From Streptococcus sanguinis (lineage in GTDB: Bacteria; Bacillota; Bacilli; Lactobacillales; Streptococcaceae): 56,881 nucleotides of DNA. Position 1 is the stretch's first letter; each line of letters begins with the position of its first letter. The stretch spans positions 1-56,881 of the forward strand of contig JABZYU010000001.1 in NCBI GenBank assembly GCA_015264985.1, in the 5' to 3' direction. The translations under genes were made by a program, and so were the position numbers. Positions 1 to 9,878 of this stretch are shown piece by piece. The notes below the pieces were generated by a model that worked only from the letters and a program-made list of their open reading frames with translations, had not been told where the DNA came from and did no database searches.

Positions 1-60
1 ACCAAAGACAATATGAAAAAGACTTACGGCTCCCAGCTCTTTATGAATGGAGGTGCCTAG
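1..60 (+). CDS. ssaA: 3' end of Mn ABC transporter ATP-binding protein (partial)
   Basis: Frame 1 reads TKDNMKKTYGSQLFMNGGA* and stops 1 nt before the permease ATG; expected position in ssaACB. Confidence 0.8.
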   Translation, partial: TKDNMKKTYGSQLFMNGGA

Positions 61-61
61 G

Positions 62-910
62 ATGATTTTAGAATTTTTCCAAGGGCTGCGGGATTTTCAC
101 TTTCTGCAAAACGCCCTCATCACAGCCATCGTCATTGGGATTGTTGCTGGAGCTGTCGGCTGCTTTATCATTCTGCGCGGCATGTCGCTCATGGGGGACG
201 CTATCTCTCATGCGGTTCTGCCCGGTGTGGCCCTGTCCTACATTTTAGGGATTAATTTCTTTATCGGAGCCATCACCTTCGGACTTTTGGCCTCGATTAT
301 TATCACCTACATCAAGGGCAATTCCATTATCAAAAGCGATACAGCCATTGGGATTACCTTTTCTTCCTTCCTAGCTCTGGGTGTGATCCTAATTGGCGTT
401 GCCAATAGTTCCACAGACCTCTTTCATATTCTCTTTGGGAATATTTTGGCCGTACAGGACATTGATATGTGGATTAGTATTGGAGTCGGAATAGCTGTGC
501 TCTTAATCATCATCCTCTTTTTCAAGCAGCTATTGATTACCTCCTTTGACCCCTTGCTGGCTCAAGCCATGGGCATGCCGGTCAGCTTCTATCACTATCT
601 GCTGATGATTCTTTTGACCTTGGTCTCTGTGACAGCCATGCAGAGTGTGGGAACCATTCTGATTGTCGCTCTCTTGATTACGCCGGCAGCAACGGCCTAC
701 CTCTATGCCAACAGTCTGAAAACTATGATTCTGCTGTCCTCGGGTTTGGGAGCTCTGGCTTCTGTAATGGGGCTCTTTATCGGCTACAGTTTTAATGTCG
801 CTGCAGGATCCAGCATTGTCCTGACCTCGGCCCTCATCTTTCTCATCTCTTTCTTTATTGCCCCTAAGCAACGCTATTTAAAACTTAAAAACCGACCTAA
901 ACTAAAATAA
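62..910 (+). CDS. ssaC: Mn/Fe ABC transporter permease
   Basis: Hydrophobic ABC-3 permease with [11 protein letters not shown] motif; ATG at 62 follows GGAGG. Confidence 0.93.
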   Translation: MILEFFQGLRDFHFLQNALITAIVIGIVAGAVGCFIILRGMSLMGDAISHAVLPGVALSYILGINFFIGAITFGLLASIIITYIKGNSIIKSDTAIGITFSSFLALGVILIGVANSSTDLFHILFGNILAVQDIDMWISIGVGIAVLLIIILFFKQLLITSFDPLLAQAMGMPVSFYHYLLMILLTLVSVTAMQSVGTILIVALLITPAATAYLYANSLKTMILLSSGLGALASVMGLFIGYSFNVAAGSSIVLTSALIFLISFFIAPKQRYLKLKNRPKLK

Positions 911-929
911 AAATCAATGGAGGAATCCC

Positions 930-1859
930 ATGAAAAAATTAGGTTTTTTATCCCTGCTTTTGCTAGCAGTCTGCACTCTCTTTGCCTGCTCCGGTCAGAA
1001 GAACGCGTCCAGTGACTCGTCCAAGCTCAAGGTTGTTGCGACCAACTCAATTATCGCTGATATTACCAAAAATATAGCTGGCGATAAGATTGACCTGCAC
1101 AGCATTGTACCAGTCGGCAAAGACCCCCACGAATACGAGCCCCTGCCTGAAGATGTCAAAAAGACTTCTCAAGCAGACCTCATCTTCTACAATGGTATCA
1201 ACCTAGAAACCGGCGGCAATGCTTGGTTTACCAAGTTGGTCAAAAATGCCAATAAGGAAGAAAACAAAGACTACTACGCTGTCAGCGATGGCGTTGACGT
1301 CATTTACCTTGAAGGGCAAAGTGAAAAGGGCAAAGAAGACCCTCATGCTTGGCTCAACTTGGAAAATGGTATTATCTATGCGCAAAACATTGCCAAGCGT
1401 TTGATTGAAAAAGACCCTGACAATAAGGCCACTTACGAGAAAAATCTCAAAGCCTATGTGGAAAAGCTAACCGCTTTGGACAAGGAGGCCAAAGAGAAAT
1501 TCAACAATATTCCAGAAGAAAAGAAAATGATTGTGACCAGCGAAGGCTGCTTCAAGTACTTCTCTAAGGCCTACAATGTGCCATCAGCCTACATTTGGGA
1601 AATCAATACCGAAGAAGAAGGAACTCCTGACCAAATCAAAAGCTTGGTTGAAAAACTGCGTGAGACCAAAGTGCCATCTCTCTTTGTCGAATCAAGTGTG
1701 GACGACCGTCCGATGAAGACTGTTTCTAAAGACACCAACATCCCAATCCATGCTAAAATTTTCACTGACTCAATCGCTGACCAAGGCGAAGAGGGTGACA
1801 GCTACTATAGCATGATGAAATACAATCTGGATAAAATTTCCGAAGGATTGGCCAAATAA
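930..1859 (+). CDS. ssaB: Mn-binding lipoprotein (LraI/PsaA family)
   Basis: Lipobox LFAC; DPHEYEP, DPHAW and WEINTEEEG motifs. Confidence 0.96.
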   Translation: MKKLGFLSLLLLAVCTLFACSGQKNASSDSSKLKVVATNSIIADITKNIAGDKIDLHSIVPVGKDPHEYEPLPEDVKKTSQADLIFYNGINLETGGNAWFTKLVKNANKEENKDYYAVSDGVDVIYLEGQSEKGKEDPHAWLNLENGIIYAQNIAKRLIEKDPDNKATYEKNLKAYVEKLTALDKEAKEKFNNIPEEKKMIVTSEGCFKYFSKAYNVPSAYIWEINTEEEGTPDQIKSLVEKLRETKVPSLFVESSVDDRPMKTVSKDTNIPIHAKIFTDSIADQGEEGDSYYSMMKYNLDKISEGLAK

Positions 1860-1861
1860 TG

Positions 1862-1902
1862 ATAAAAGGTTAGGAAGACAAAATCCTAACCTCTTTATTT
1901 TT
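1862..1902 (+). terminator. Rho-independent terminator after ssaB
   Basis: AGGTTAGGA...TCCTAACCT stem followed by T-rich tail. Confidence 0.75.
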
Positions 1903-2010
1903 GGAGAAGGAGCTTCACATGGAGTCGATTTCAAATTTCCGGTCAAATTATTCGAAAAAAACATTGATTCGGAGTACAATGAAGCTATCAAACATGAATG
2001 GAGACTTCCT

Positions 2011-2502
2011 ATGACAACTTTTCTCGGAAATCCTGTAACCTTTACTGGAAAGCAACTGCAAGTCGGCGACACTGCCCACGATTTTAGCTTGACAGCAACT
2101 GATCTTTCAAAGAAAACTCTGGCTGACTTTGCTGGCAAAAAGAAAGTCCTGAGCATCATCCCATCTATCGATACTGGTGTCTGCTCAACTCAGACTCGTC
2201 GTTTCAACCAAGAGCTCTCTGACTTGGATAATACCGTTGTTATCACGGTTTCAGTTGATTTGCCTTTTGCTCAAGGCAAGTGGTGTGCTGCTGAAGGCAT
2301 TGAGAATGCTATCATGCTCTCTGACTACTTCGACCATTCTTTCGGCCGTGATTATGCTGTCCTCATCAATGAATGGCACCTTTTGGCTCGTGCAGTTCTT
2401 GTCTTAGACGAAAACAACACTGTGACCTACACTGAATATGTCGACAATATCAATACCGAGCCTGACTATGATGCGGCGATTGTAGCAGTTAAGAGTTTAT
2501 AA
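2011..2502 (+). CDS. tpx: Thiol peroxidase (atypical 2-Cys peroxiredoxin)
   Basis: [16 protein letters not shown] and [12 protein letters not shown] motifs; follows ssaB as psaD follows psaA. Confidence 0.96.
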   Translation: MTTFLGNPVTFTGKQLQVGDTAHDFSLTATDLSKKTLADFAGKKKVLSIIPSIDTGVCSTQTRRFNQELSDLDNTVVITVSVDLPFAQGKWCAAEGIENAIMLSDYFDHSFGRDYAVLINEWHLLARAVLVLDENNTVTYTEYVDNINTEPDYDAAIVAVKSL

Positions 2503-2522
2503 GAGATAAAAATACGGATTTG

Positions 2523-3623
2523 CTAGTCCGTATTTTTTTGTACGAAAAACTTTTGCCAAAACTGACGGAACCAAGCCCAGAAACGCAAGAAAAAGGATGG
2601 TCGATTCAGTAATTTCTTGAATTGAGCAATCTCTGCCTTTACCTGTTTATGAGCACTACGTCCTTTTCGAGCATAAGGGCTCTTAGCTGAACGATAGCCC
2701 AGTGGACCACGATTGTTCTGAGGTGACTTGAACTTGCAGCCGCCATTTTCAATGGCAAGCCTGCGAAAGCGAGGATCCCAGACTGCAGGCGTTTTGACAT
2801 CATAGCGAGTATGAGAAGCCTGATTAACCGGCCGATTGCGCTCACCATAGTTAAAGCTGGTTCCATTCACAATACCATTTTGGCTAGCCCCCTCTGGATC
2901 GATAATATTGAGAAAACGGCCTGTCTGATCCAGGATAAACTCTGTATGAAAATCAATCAGGATTTTTATATTGGCCTGACTTGCTTGACCATCCGGATAG
3001 ATAGCTTGACTAGACATCTTATCAATATAGGCTTTATTATGCAAGCGAGAGGATTCTTGAAAGTTATAAGGCAGCGCTGGAAAAGCCTTTAGATAGGAGG
3101 CCAAGGCTTCTGCATCTGTCATACCAATCTGACGGTAGTGATCTCTGACCCACTGGGCCTGCTGGCAGGAAATGACATAGCGAAACTGATGTAGCTGCCT
3201 TTTGAGCTTTTGATTGCCATCCCTTTGGCTGAAATCATCTGCCGGGAAAGCCTGTCGTAAGGTGCTTGAAAAAATCTTCCAAAAGCGATCATGCGGTGTT
3301 AGGTCTGGAGCAATTCGAGCCAGTAAAAGATCTGTCTCTGCCTTTTCTCCGCTCAGCTCCTCAGGCATATTTACAATATTCATAGCCAAAACCAGCAGCT
3401 CCTGAGCTCCTAACCTGTTGTTCTGAGCCGCCTCAGCCTGCCAGAGCTCTTGAAAAAAGGGACTGCCAAAAAGCTGAGCCTCCCGCAGGTAATCTCTTTC
3501 TTCTGACACTGTTTTTCCTTGCCCGTTATTTAACCCTGCAAAAACTTGTTCTAGCGCTGTCTGAGACCAACCGATTGATTGCAATTGCCGAAAGAGCTGC
3601 TCTTTCCCTTCTTTCGGATACAT
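2523..3623 (-). CDS. DUF3114-like hypothetical protein
   Basis: 366-aa ORF with AGGAGGGG RBS; LHQFRYVI, FHTEFILD and GIVNG.SFNY segments resemble DUF3114. Confidence 0.65.
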   Translation of the reverse strand: MYPKEGKEQLFRQLQSIGWSQTALEQVFAGLNNGQGKTVSEERDYLREAQLFGSPFFQELWQAEAAQNNRLGAQELLVLAMNIVNMPEELSGEKAETDLLLARIAPDLTPHDRFWKIFSSTLRQAFPADDFSQRDGNQKLKRQLHQFRYVISCQQAQWVRDHYRQIGMTDAEALASYLKAFPALPYNFQESSRLHNKAYIDKMSSQAIYPDGQASQANIKILIDFHTEFILDQTGRFLNIIDPEGASQNGIVNGTSFNYGERNRPVNQASHTRYDVKTPAVWDPRFRRLAIENGGCKFKSPQNNRGPLGYRSAKSPYARKGRSAHKQVKAEIAQFKKLLNRPSFFLRFWAWFRQFWQKFFVQKNTD

Positions 3624-3800
3624 GGCTCCCCTCCTTTCTTTTAGCCCTAATAGTTCAAAACTGTCTAGATTATAATAAAAAACCTAATGTGCATAGAACA
3701 ATTAGATTTTATCACAAACTCACATGATAGCAAAGAACAAAATATGAATCCTTGGAGTACTAACAATAAAGATATTCTTAACAAATCACTCAATAAATAA

Positions 3801-3825
3801 AGAGAAGACCAAACCGGTCCTCTCT
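3801..3825 (-). terminator. Terminator downstream of the surface protein gene
   Basis: AGAGAGGACC/GGTCTTCTCT stem followed by TTATTTATT on the minus strand. Confidence 0.65.
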
Positions 3826-3909
3826 CAGTATGAGTTTTGTTTAAATGAGCTGTTCCAACTTTGATTTTGCTACAATTCATCTAGGATTCGATTTTATCAA
3901 TAAATGCTC

Positions 3910-6150
3910 TTAAGCTTTACGACGTTTTGCAAAAGCCAGTCCCAGCATAGAGAGCAATCCCAATCCTGCAAGCGCTAGAGAAGATTCAGCAGATCCTGTT
4001 TTTGGAAGAGCTGCTGGAGCCTGATAGGTCTGAACTGGTTTCTTTCCGTTCTTCACTCCTGTTGTAGTGACTTTCAGAACCTTTCGCTCATTCTTAGAAA
4101 CGAGGTTGGTTGGGTCGTCTGTCTCAAGGGCTGCAAGAGCTGCTTTCAAAGCTTCAAGTTTGGTATTTTCGACTCTATAGGTTTCTTCCTTACTTGCCAA
4201 GTTTGCTTTAGCATCATTGAGAGCCGCTTCTGCTTCTTTTAGAAGAGCAGGGGCGTTTTGCAAGCGAGAAACGTAGTCTTTAGCAGCTTGAACAGCGCGT
4301 TGAGCCTCTTCCAGAGCTGTAGCCGCAGCAGTTGCCTTTTCTTGAGCGGTCGCTGTAGCTGCTTTCAATTCAGCAAGCTTGGCATTAGCTTCCTCAGATG
4401 TTTTTTGCGCAGTTGCTTGGGCTGCTTCTTTTTCTTTCAAGCTTGCTTGAGCTTTAGCTAAAACTGCAAGCTTAGCCTTGGTTTCTTCAGAAGCTGAGTT
4501 CTTGCTATTTTCGAGTTCAGCTTGGTAAGTACTTTCCGCCTTGGCCAACTTGTCCTTAGCAGTTTTCACAACCTCACGCAGTAATGGTGCTGTCTCCTGC
4601 TTGTTCTGAGCATTTGTCAACGTACGTTGAGCAGCGTCCAACTTAGCTTGTGAAACCGCCAAGTCTTTACGAGCAGCGTCTGCATCTTGATTATTGGCAT
4701 TTGGATTGATTAAGGCTGGTGTGATTTTGGAAGGATCCTTAATATCACCGTCATTATTCGCGAAGAGAAGGAAGTTAATTCGGTTAATAATGCCGTTGTT
4801 GCTAAAGTTAACAGCTACATAATCTCCCTTTTTCTGCCTATCTAGGCTGCCAACTATTTTTTGAGCATAGATTGTTGTTCTAATGGGGTCTCTAAAGCTA
4901 TCTCCAAGGTCAAATAATTGGAATTTAATATTGTCATAGATAGTCTTCTTCAAATAATCAACGGACACTTTTTCTTGACTGGCCAAGGTAGGATAAAAAC
5001 CCAGCTCATTTAAACCAGTAACTCTATATCCAAACTGATCAAGCCCAAATTTAGCAACCACATCTTTTGGAACATTCACTTGTGAAGTTATAGGATCTTT
5101 TGCTTGGGCTCTATATTTTTGCTCACGGGCTGCTTGGCTTAGAGCCGCCGCATAATCCATACTATTTTGCGTTAATGTTACAGGAGCATTGCCTACTTGC
5201 TTACGGATTTGGTTGATTAAATCTTGAGCATAGTAGTTAATTTCCAAAAGGATCTCTTTAGGAATATTATTAATATCTACTATACGTCGAGCATCCTTTT
5301 GACTGCTAATGAAGTTATTACTTGATTTTAGAATCACTGCCTCTTTTGCAAGCATTTCTTTCGCTTCAGGAGTTAACTGGCCCGATCCTTTTTTATCAAT
5401 ATTTCTTGCTGCCCTAATGTAATCTTGCGATAGGGTAAAAGTATTGTGAACCTGATCTTGAGACGAAAGTTTCGCTTCTTTTTCCTTGATTTCTGCTTGG
5501 GCTACTTTGATATCAGCCTGGGCTTGATCAATCACTGCTTGGCGTTTGGCATCTTCCGCTTCAGCTGTCTTCAACTGGTCTTGGTAAGAATCCAGGTTCT
5601 TTTGTTCCTTGTCAAGCTCCTCCTTTGCCTTCGTTACCTTTTCGCTTACCAGTTTGTTGTCCACATCTTTTTGAGCTGCATTCACAGCATCTTGGGCTGC
5701 TTGGGTTTCAGTTTGTGCCTTAGCTGCTTGAGCTTGAGCATCCTGAGCTACAGCCGCCTGTGTGTTTTCTACTTTTTTAGCTGTATCAAGAGCTGCTTGG
5801 GCTTGCTTAGCTGCGTTTTCTGCTGGAGCAACTTTTTTCTCAGCTTCTGTAACTGCTGCCTGAGCTTCCGCAATTTTTTGTGTACTTGTATCAGCATTAT
5901 CTTTCTTAGCGGTTTCAACTTTAGTCTCAGCAGTCGCAACCTGTTCTTTGGCTTGGTCAACAGCCGCTTTAGCTTGATTGACCTGCTCAGTTTGCTGTTT
6001 AAGAGCTTCTGGACTTGCAGATAGAGCCTTATTTTGGTCTGCAGGGGCATTTTCATCCACTGGAGTTGTATCTGCAGCTACAGTGTGAGCAAAGCCAGTA
6101 CTAGCAAGAACTGCTGCACCTAGAATGACATGTTTTTGGATTTTTTTCAT
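3910..6150 (-). CDS. LPXTG-anchored coiled-coil surface protein with SEC10/PgrA (surface exclusion-like) domain
   Basis: Signal peptide; Ala/Lys/Gln/Glu-rich coiled coils around a central globular domain (DLINQIRKQVG); LPKTG, TM helix, KRRKA tail. Confidence 0.8.
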   Translation of the reverse strand: MKKIQKHVILGAAVLASTGFAHTVAADTTPVDENAPADQNKALSASPEALKQQTEQVNQAKAAVDQAKEQVATAETKVETAKKDNADTSTQKIAEAQAAVTEAEKKVAPAENAAKQAQAALDTAKKVENTQAAVAQDAQAQAAKAQTETQAAQDAVNAAQKDVDNKLVSEKVTKAKEELDKEQKNLDSYQDQLKTAEAEDAKRQAVIDQAQADIKVAQAEIKEKEAKLSSQDQVHNTFTLSQDYIRAARNIDKKGSGQLTPEAKEMLAKEAVILKSSNNFISSQKDARRIVDINNIPKEILLEINYYAQDLINQIRKQVGNAPVTLTQNSMDYAAALSQAAREQKYRAQAKDPITSQVNVPKDVVAKFGLDQFGYRVTGLNELGFYPTLASQEKVSVDYLKKTIYDNIKFQLFDLGDSFRDPIRTTIYAQKIVGSLDRQKKGDYVAVNFSNNGIINRINFLLFANNDGDIKDPSKITPALINPNANNQDADAARKDLAVSQAKLDAAQRTLTNAQNKQETAPLLREVVKTAKDKLAKAESTYQAELENSKNSASEETKAKLAVLAKAQASLKEKEAAQATAQKTSEEANAKLAELKAATATAQEKATAAATALEEAQRAVQAAKDYVSRLQNAPALLKEAEAALNDAKANLASKEETYRVENTKLEALKAALAALETDDPTNLVSKNERKVLKVTTTGVKNGKKPVQTYQAPAALPKTGSAESSLALAGLGLLSMLGLAFAKRRKA

Positions 6151-6173
6151 GGGTTTCCTCCTGATATGTTAAC

Positions 6174-6202
6174 AGTATAATGAGAAAAACTTTGTTTGTC
6201 AA
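6174..6202 (-). promoter_or_regulatory. Sigma-A promoter of the surface protein gene
   Basis: TTGACA-N17-TATACT on the minus strand upstream of AGGAGG RBS. Confidence 0.75.
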
Positions 6203-6428
6203 ACTATTTACATGTTTTTTTGAGAACATTTATCGCAAATGTGTCCAAAAATAGAATCTCATCTCCATCGCTTCCAAAAAACCTGTGTCTCTAGCTATAA
6301 TTGTATAATGAATTTGACTCTTACTAATCTTGCCGATGATAAACTCTTAACCGATTACAAACATAATAGTCATAGAATGCAGAAAACCGCCCGTCAAGCA
6401 ACGAGCGGTCTTCTTATTCACGAATTTC

Positions 6429-6920
6429 TTATCCTTTGATGGCAATGAAGGGTGATCCTTCTGTATTATCCGTCGGATTGACACTCTTGACTCCAAAGAG
6501 ATAGTCTACGGGGTACCAGCCATTATTAGCTGCATTATAAGGGTCACGGACATAGGTTTTTCCATTGTCATAGCCTTTGAGAACCAGCTCATGAGTGACT
6601 GGATAATGGGCAAAGATGCTGGTACCAACGGCACCTAGGACATGATGCCCCTGCGAAAGCACTTCTTTGACTGCAGAAGCTGTAAACAGGGTCTCAGTTG
6701 TCAGATCCCAGTGCTGGGCAGCTCGGACAATACCACGACTGCTGGTGCCAAATCCATCTTTATTAAATTCATTGGTATTATTGTATAGGTAATCCGCAAC
6801 GGTTGTTGGAAGCACTTCTGTCCCAGTAATTCCAGAAATAACCATGGCTAGCGTTGTCAGCACGCATCCTGTCGCATCCATGCTGTAAGGACCATACTTC
6901 CTGCCGCCCCAGCGACTATC
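6429..6920 (-). pseudogene. 5'-truncated C39-like peptidase domain (C-terminal part of a cell-wall hydrolase gene)
   Basis: DSRWGGRKYG..MDATGC, HELVLKG and YVRDPY C39_2-like motifs; in-frame TGA at 6942-6944, no RBS or signal peptide. Confidence 0.7.
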
Positions 6921-7019
6921 ACAATGAAGAAAAACTAAACATCAAAGAAAGGCTTAGACACTGTATTCTTGCAGCGATTTTTGTTATACTAGGGATAGAA
7001 AGTTCAGCGAGGATGCAAG

Positions 7020-7667
7020 ATGACCCCAAATAAAGAAGACTATCTCAAGTGTATCTATGAGATTGGCAGCCGCCACAAAAAAATCACCAATAAAGAAATC
7101 GCCCAGCTCATGCAGGTTTCACCTCCGGCTGTGACGGAAATGATGAAAAAATTGCTGGCGGAAGAACTTCTGGTCAAGGATAAAAAAGCCGGCTACCTGC
7201 TGACTGATTTGGGGCTAAGGCTAGTTTCTGACCTCTATCGCAAGCACAGACTGATTGAAGTCTTTCTGGTCAACCATCTCGGCTACTCGACTGATGAAAT
7301 CCATGAGGAAGCCGAAGTCCTAGAGCACACTGTTTCTGAGCGCTTCGTTGAGCGTCTGGATGCCATGCTCCAGTACCCCAAGACCTGTCCTCACGGAGGT
7401 ACCATCCCAGCCAAGGGAGAGCTTCTGGACGAAGAAAACCAACTAACTCTGGAAGAGGCTTCTGCTCCTGGCGACTATATCATCAAACGGGTGCATGACG
7501 ACTTTGACTTACTCAAATACTTGGAAAAATACAACCTGCAAATCGGCCAAACCATCACTTTCATCCAATACGATTCTTTCGCTCAGGCTTATCTCCTCAA
7601 GACAGAAACTCAAGAAATCCAAATCAATCCTATGATTGCCCAGCAGATTTATGTGGAAAAACTATAA
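7020..7667 (+). CDS. ssaR: DtxR/MntR family Mn-dependent repressor
   Basis: EDYLKCIY, HRLIEVFL, EAEVLEH, CPHG motifs plus FeoA-like C-terminus; extended -10 TGTTATACT at 6982-6990. Confidence 0.93.
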   Translation: MTPNKEDYLKCIYEIGSRHKKITNKEIAQLMQVSPPAVTEMMKKLLAEELLVKDKKAGYLLTDLGLRLVSDLYRKHRLIEVFLVNHLGYSTDEIHEEAEVLEHTVSERFVERLDAMLQYPKTCPHGGTIPAKGELLDEENQLTLEEASAPGDYIIKRVHDDFDLLKYLEKYNLQIGQTITFIQYDSFAQAYLLKTETQEIQINPMIAQQIYVEKL

Positions 7668-7671
7668 ACAG

Positions 7672-7708
7672 AACCCAGTTCGGACTTTTTAGTCTAAACT
7701 GGGTTTTT
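7672..7708 (+). terminator. Terminator after ssaR
   Basis: AACCCAGTT...AACTGGGTT stem plus T run. Confidence 0.7.
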
Positions 7709-7709
7709 A

Positions 7710-7749
7710 TTGACAAAAATAAGATGCCAGAATATAATAAGTATACTTA
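7710..7749 (+). promoter_or_regulatory. Consensus sigma-A promoter with overlapping palindromic operator
   Basis: TTGACA(7710)-N17-TATAAT(7733-7738); perfect palindrome TAAGTATACTTA at 7738-7749. Confidence 0.8.
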
Positions 7750-7772
7750 CAAAATATCTAGAGGGAAAGCTA

Positions 7773-8234
7773 ATGGAAAAATCTCAGTTTAACTCCATCT
7801 ACAAGGATGAATACAAAAAATCAACCGGTCTGCTCTTTATCCGTGCCTACCACAAGTGGCATGGGCTGATAAAAAACAAACTGAGAACGATTGATTTGAC
7901 CCATCCCCAATTTGTCGTTCTGACCACTCTTGCAGGGCTTCTGCGTCAGCAAGAATGGGTTAGTCAGACCGATATTGCACGATTTTCTGACATGGATGTT
8001 ATGACCGTATCCCAAATCATCCGCCTCTTGATCAAGAAAGGTTTGATCATGCGGGAAGTCCATCCCAAGGACAGCCGTGCCAACATCATACTTCTAACGG
8101 ATACGGGGCTGCAAAAGGTCAACCAAGCCCTTCCTCTGGTAGAAGGCATTGATCAGGCGTTCTTTGGAAAATTAGAAAATAATACAGAAACATTAAACCA
8201 ACTCTTAATCAAACTGGAGGCAGAAAATGACTAG
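7773..8234 (+). CDS. MarR family transcriptional regulator
   Basis: LTHPQFVVL, SQTDIA..SDMD.MTVSQIIR.L..KGLI.R..HPKDSRA winged-helix pattern; ATG 7773 after GAGGG. Confidence 0.9.
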   Translation: MEKSQFNSIYKDEYKKSTGLLFIRAYHKWHGLIKNKLRTIDLTHPQFVVLTTLAGLLRQQEWVSQTDIARFSDMDVMTVSQIIRLLIKKGLIMREVHPKDSRANIILLTDTGLQKVNQALPLVEGIDQAFFGKLENNTETLNQLLIKLEAEND

Positions 8235-8652
8235 ATTTTGGATTGGTGTCGTATCAAAAGAACATGTACTAAGAGGTGTAGAAGGTGGATTTTGCCAAGT
8301 CTGCCATGGAAAGAAAGCACCATTGAACCGAATGAAAAAGGGGGACTATCTTCTGTACTACAGCCCCAAGTATCAGCTGAATGGTCAGGAAAAGCTACAG
8401 GCCTTTACAGCAGTTGGCAAGATTCTAGATGACACTGCTTACCAAGTAGAGATGTTTGAAGGCTTTGTCCCATTTCGGCGAGATGTCAGCTACTACCAGC
8501 CTGTCAAAGACTGCCCTATTGAGCAAGTCCGACAGCATCCTCAGTGGCGCCAATATGCTTCTCAGATAAGATACGGACATTTCGAAGTTTCGAAAGACTT
8601 CTTCCTTTATGTTTTTGAGCAAATGAAACTGGACAGCCCTGCAAATCAGTAG
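8227..8652 (+). CDS. EVE domain-containing protein (PUA-like fold)
   Basis: FWIGVVSKEHV..G..GGFCQVCHGK..PL.RMK.GD.LLYYSP pattern; overlaps the marR stop, GGAGG RBS. Confidence 0.85.
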   Translation: MTRFWIGVVSKEHVLRGVEGGFCQVCHGKKAPLNRMKKGDYLLYYSPKYQLNGQEKLQAFTAVGKILDDTAYQVEMFEGFVPFRRDVSYYQPVKDCPIEQVRQHPQWRQYASQIRYGHFEVSKDFFLYVFEQMKLDSPANQ

Positions 8653-8765
8653 AAGCAGCTTCGTTTGACTTACACCTAAACCTTTGCTCACCTGTCATTA
8701 AATCTAAAGTTCCGATTCTCAAGGAAAATCGGAACTTTTTGATTTGAAGTGAAATTATCGATTTA

Positions 8766-9380
8766 TCAAATCAGCATAAAAGCAAATAAACTCCCCGTAA
8801 TCACATTTACTAAAGCATGTATAATCCAGCTAGCTAAAATGGAGCCATCAGATTTCTTTTCATTGACAAAGCCCATATAAGCCGCGATGCCACCCGTACA
8901 CAAAATGATGAGCAGGGTTTGCTGCCAAGAGAGCACTGTTATAGACATTAAGCCATGGAGCAGACCAAAAAGAGCAGCTTGTATGGTGTTGGCTACCACA
9001 AAGGATAAGCGACTAGCCAATCTCTTTAAAAGAAAACCTCTGAATAGCAGTTCTTCCGACAGAGAAGTTTGAAAAATACCATAAATCAGAACAGCTGGCA
9101 AGGCTTGGAAGCCTAGGCCTGAGAAATTCGAAGTCGCTGTATCCAGATTTTTTACAGCAGGATATACTAGCAAAAACGAAAGAAGCAAGAAAGATAGCGA
9201 ACCCAACAAAATCCACAGCCAGATCTTTCGGCTGCCAGCATCTTTTCGTGGTTTTAAGCCAAGCCATTCTAAAAATGGACTTTTTCTTCTAGCACTTATC
9301 AACCACCAAACAAAAGGAAGAAAAGCAAACAAAGCAATTTGAATCAGAGCATTCAGCATCTGTTGAACTAGATTTTCCAT
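8766..9380 (-). CDS. CPBP/Abi (CAAX) intramembrane metalloprotease
   Basis: EELLFRG, FGLLH and HALVN motifs; ATG 9380 after AAGGAG. Confidence 0.9.
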   Translation of the reverse strand: MENLVQQMLNALIQIALFAFLPFVWWLISARRKSPFLEWLGLKPRKDAGSRKIWLWILLGSLSFLLLSFLLVYPAVKNLDTATSNFSGLGFQALPAVLIYGIFQTSLSEELLFRGFLLKRLASRLSFVVANTIQAALFGLLHGLMSITVLSWQQTLLIILCTGGIAAYMGFVNEKKSDGSILASWIIHALVNVITGSLFAFMLI

Positions 9381-9878
9381 GATAAGAGACTCCTTTCTTT
9401 TCTTTAATATGATTATACAAGACAAACTTCAAGAATTTATAAAGTAATTCTAAAATATTTCTAAAGAATGAAAGAAATCATAAACATAAACAATCAAAGA
9501 TTATTGCCACTTCCACTTGCTTGCTATGCTCATCATTTTTGGACTAAATGATTCCAAAAACTCTTTAAAGATCTATCTCAAAAATCTAAGAAAAGTTGCA
9601 GATAAAAATAAGGCGATGAGTTTACAAAATAGAAAATTGACAATGCGTTAAAGAAAGAAAAAAGTCCTAAAATTTTATCACACAAAGTCAAATTTTCAGC
9701 CTATCTATCCTAGATGATTTTCTTTTTAGTCAAATACTCCCAGCTCCTGCTCATCCACTTCATCCCCCTCGGAGTCTCAATTTTACAGGCTTAGTGCCAT
9801 GCCAAAAGCTGTTTTTCCCTTCTTGCCAACACGCTTACATTTTGCTAAAATGATATCAAAAATCAGCAAGGAAAAATT

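Noticed and set aside
3665..3880. 71-aa minus-strand ORF between DUF3114 and the surface protein gene
   Set aside because: Runs through a terminator, no RBS, AT-rich spacer
6197..6213. Possible VicR/WalR box TGTAAA-N5-TGACAA at the surface protein promoter
   Set aside because: Second half-site is weak and is explained by the -35 hexamer
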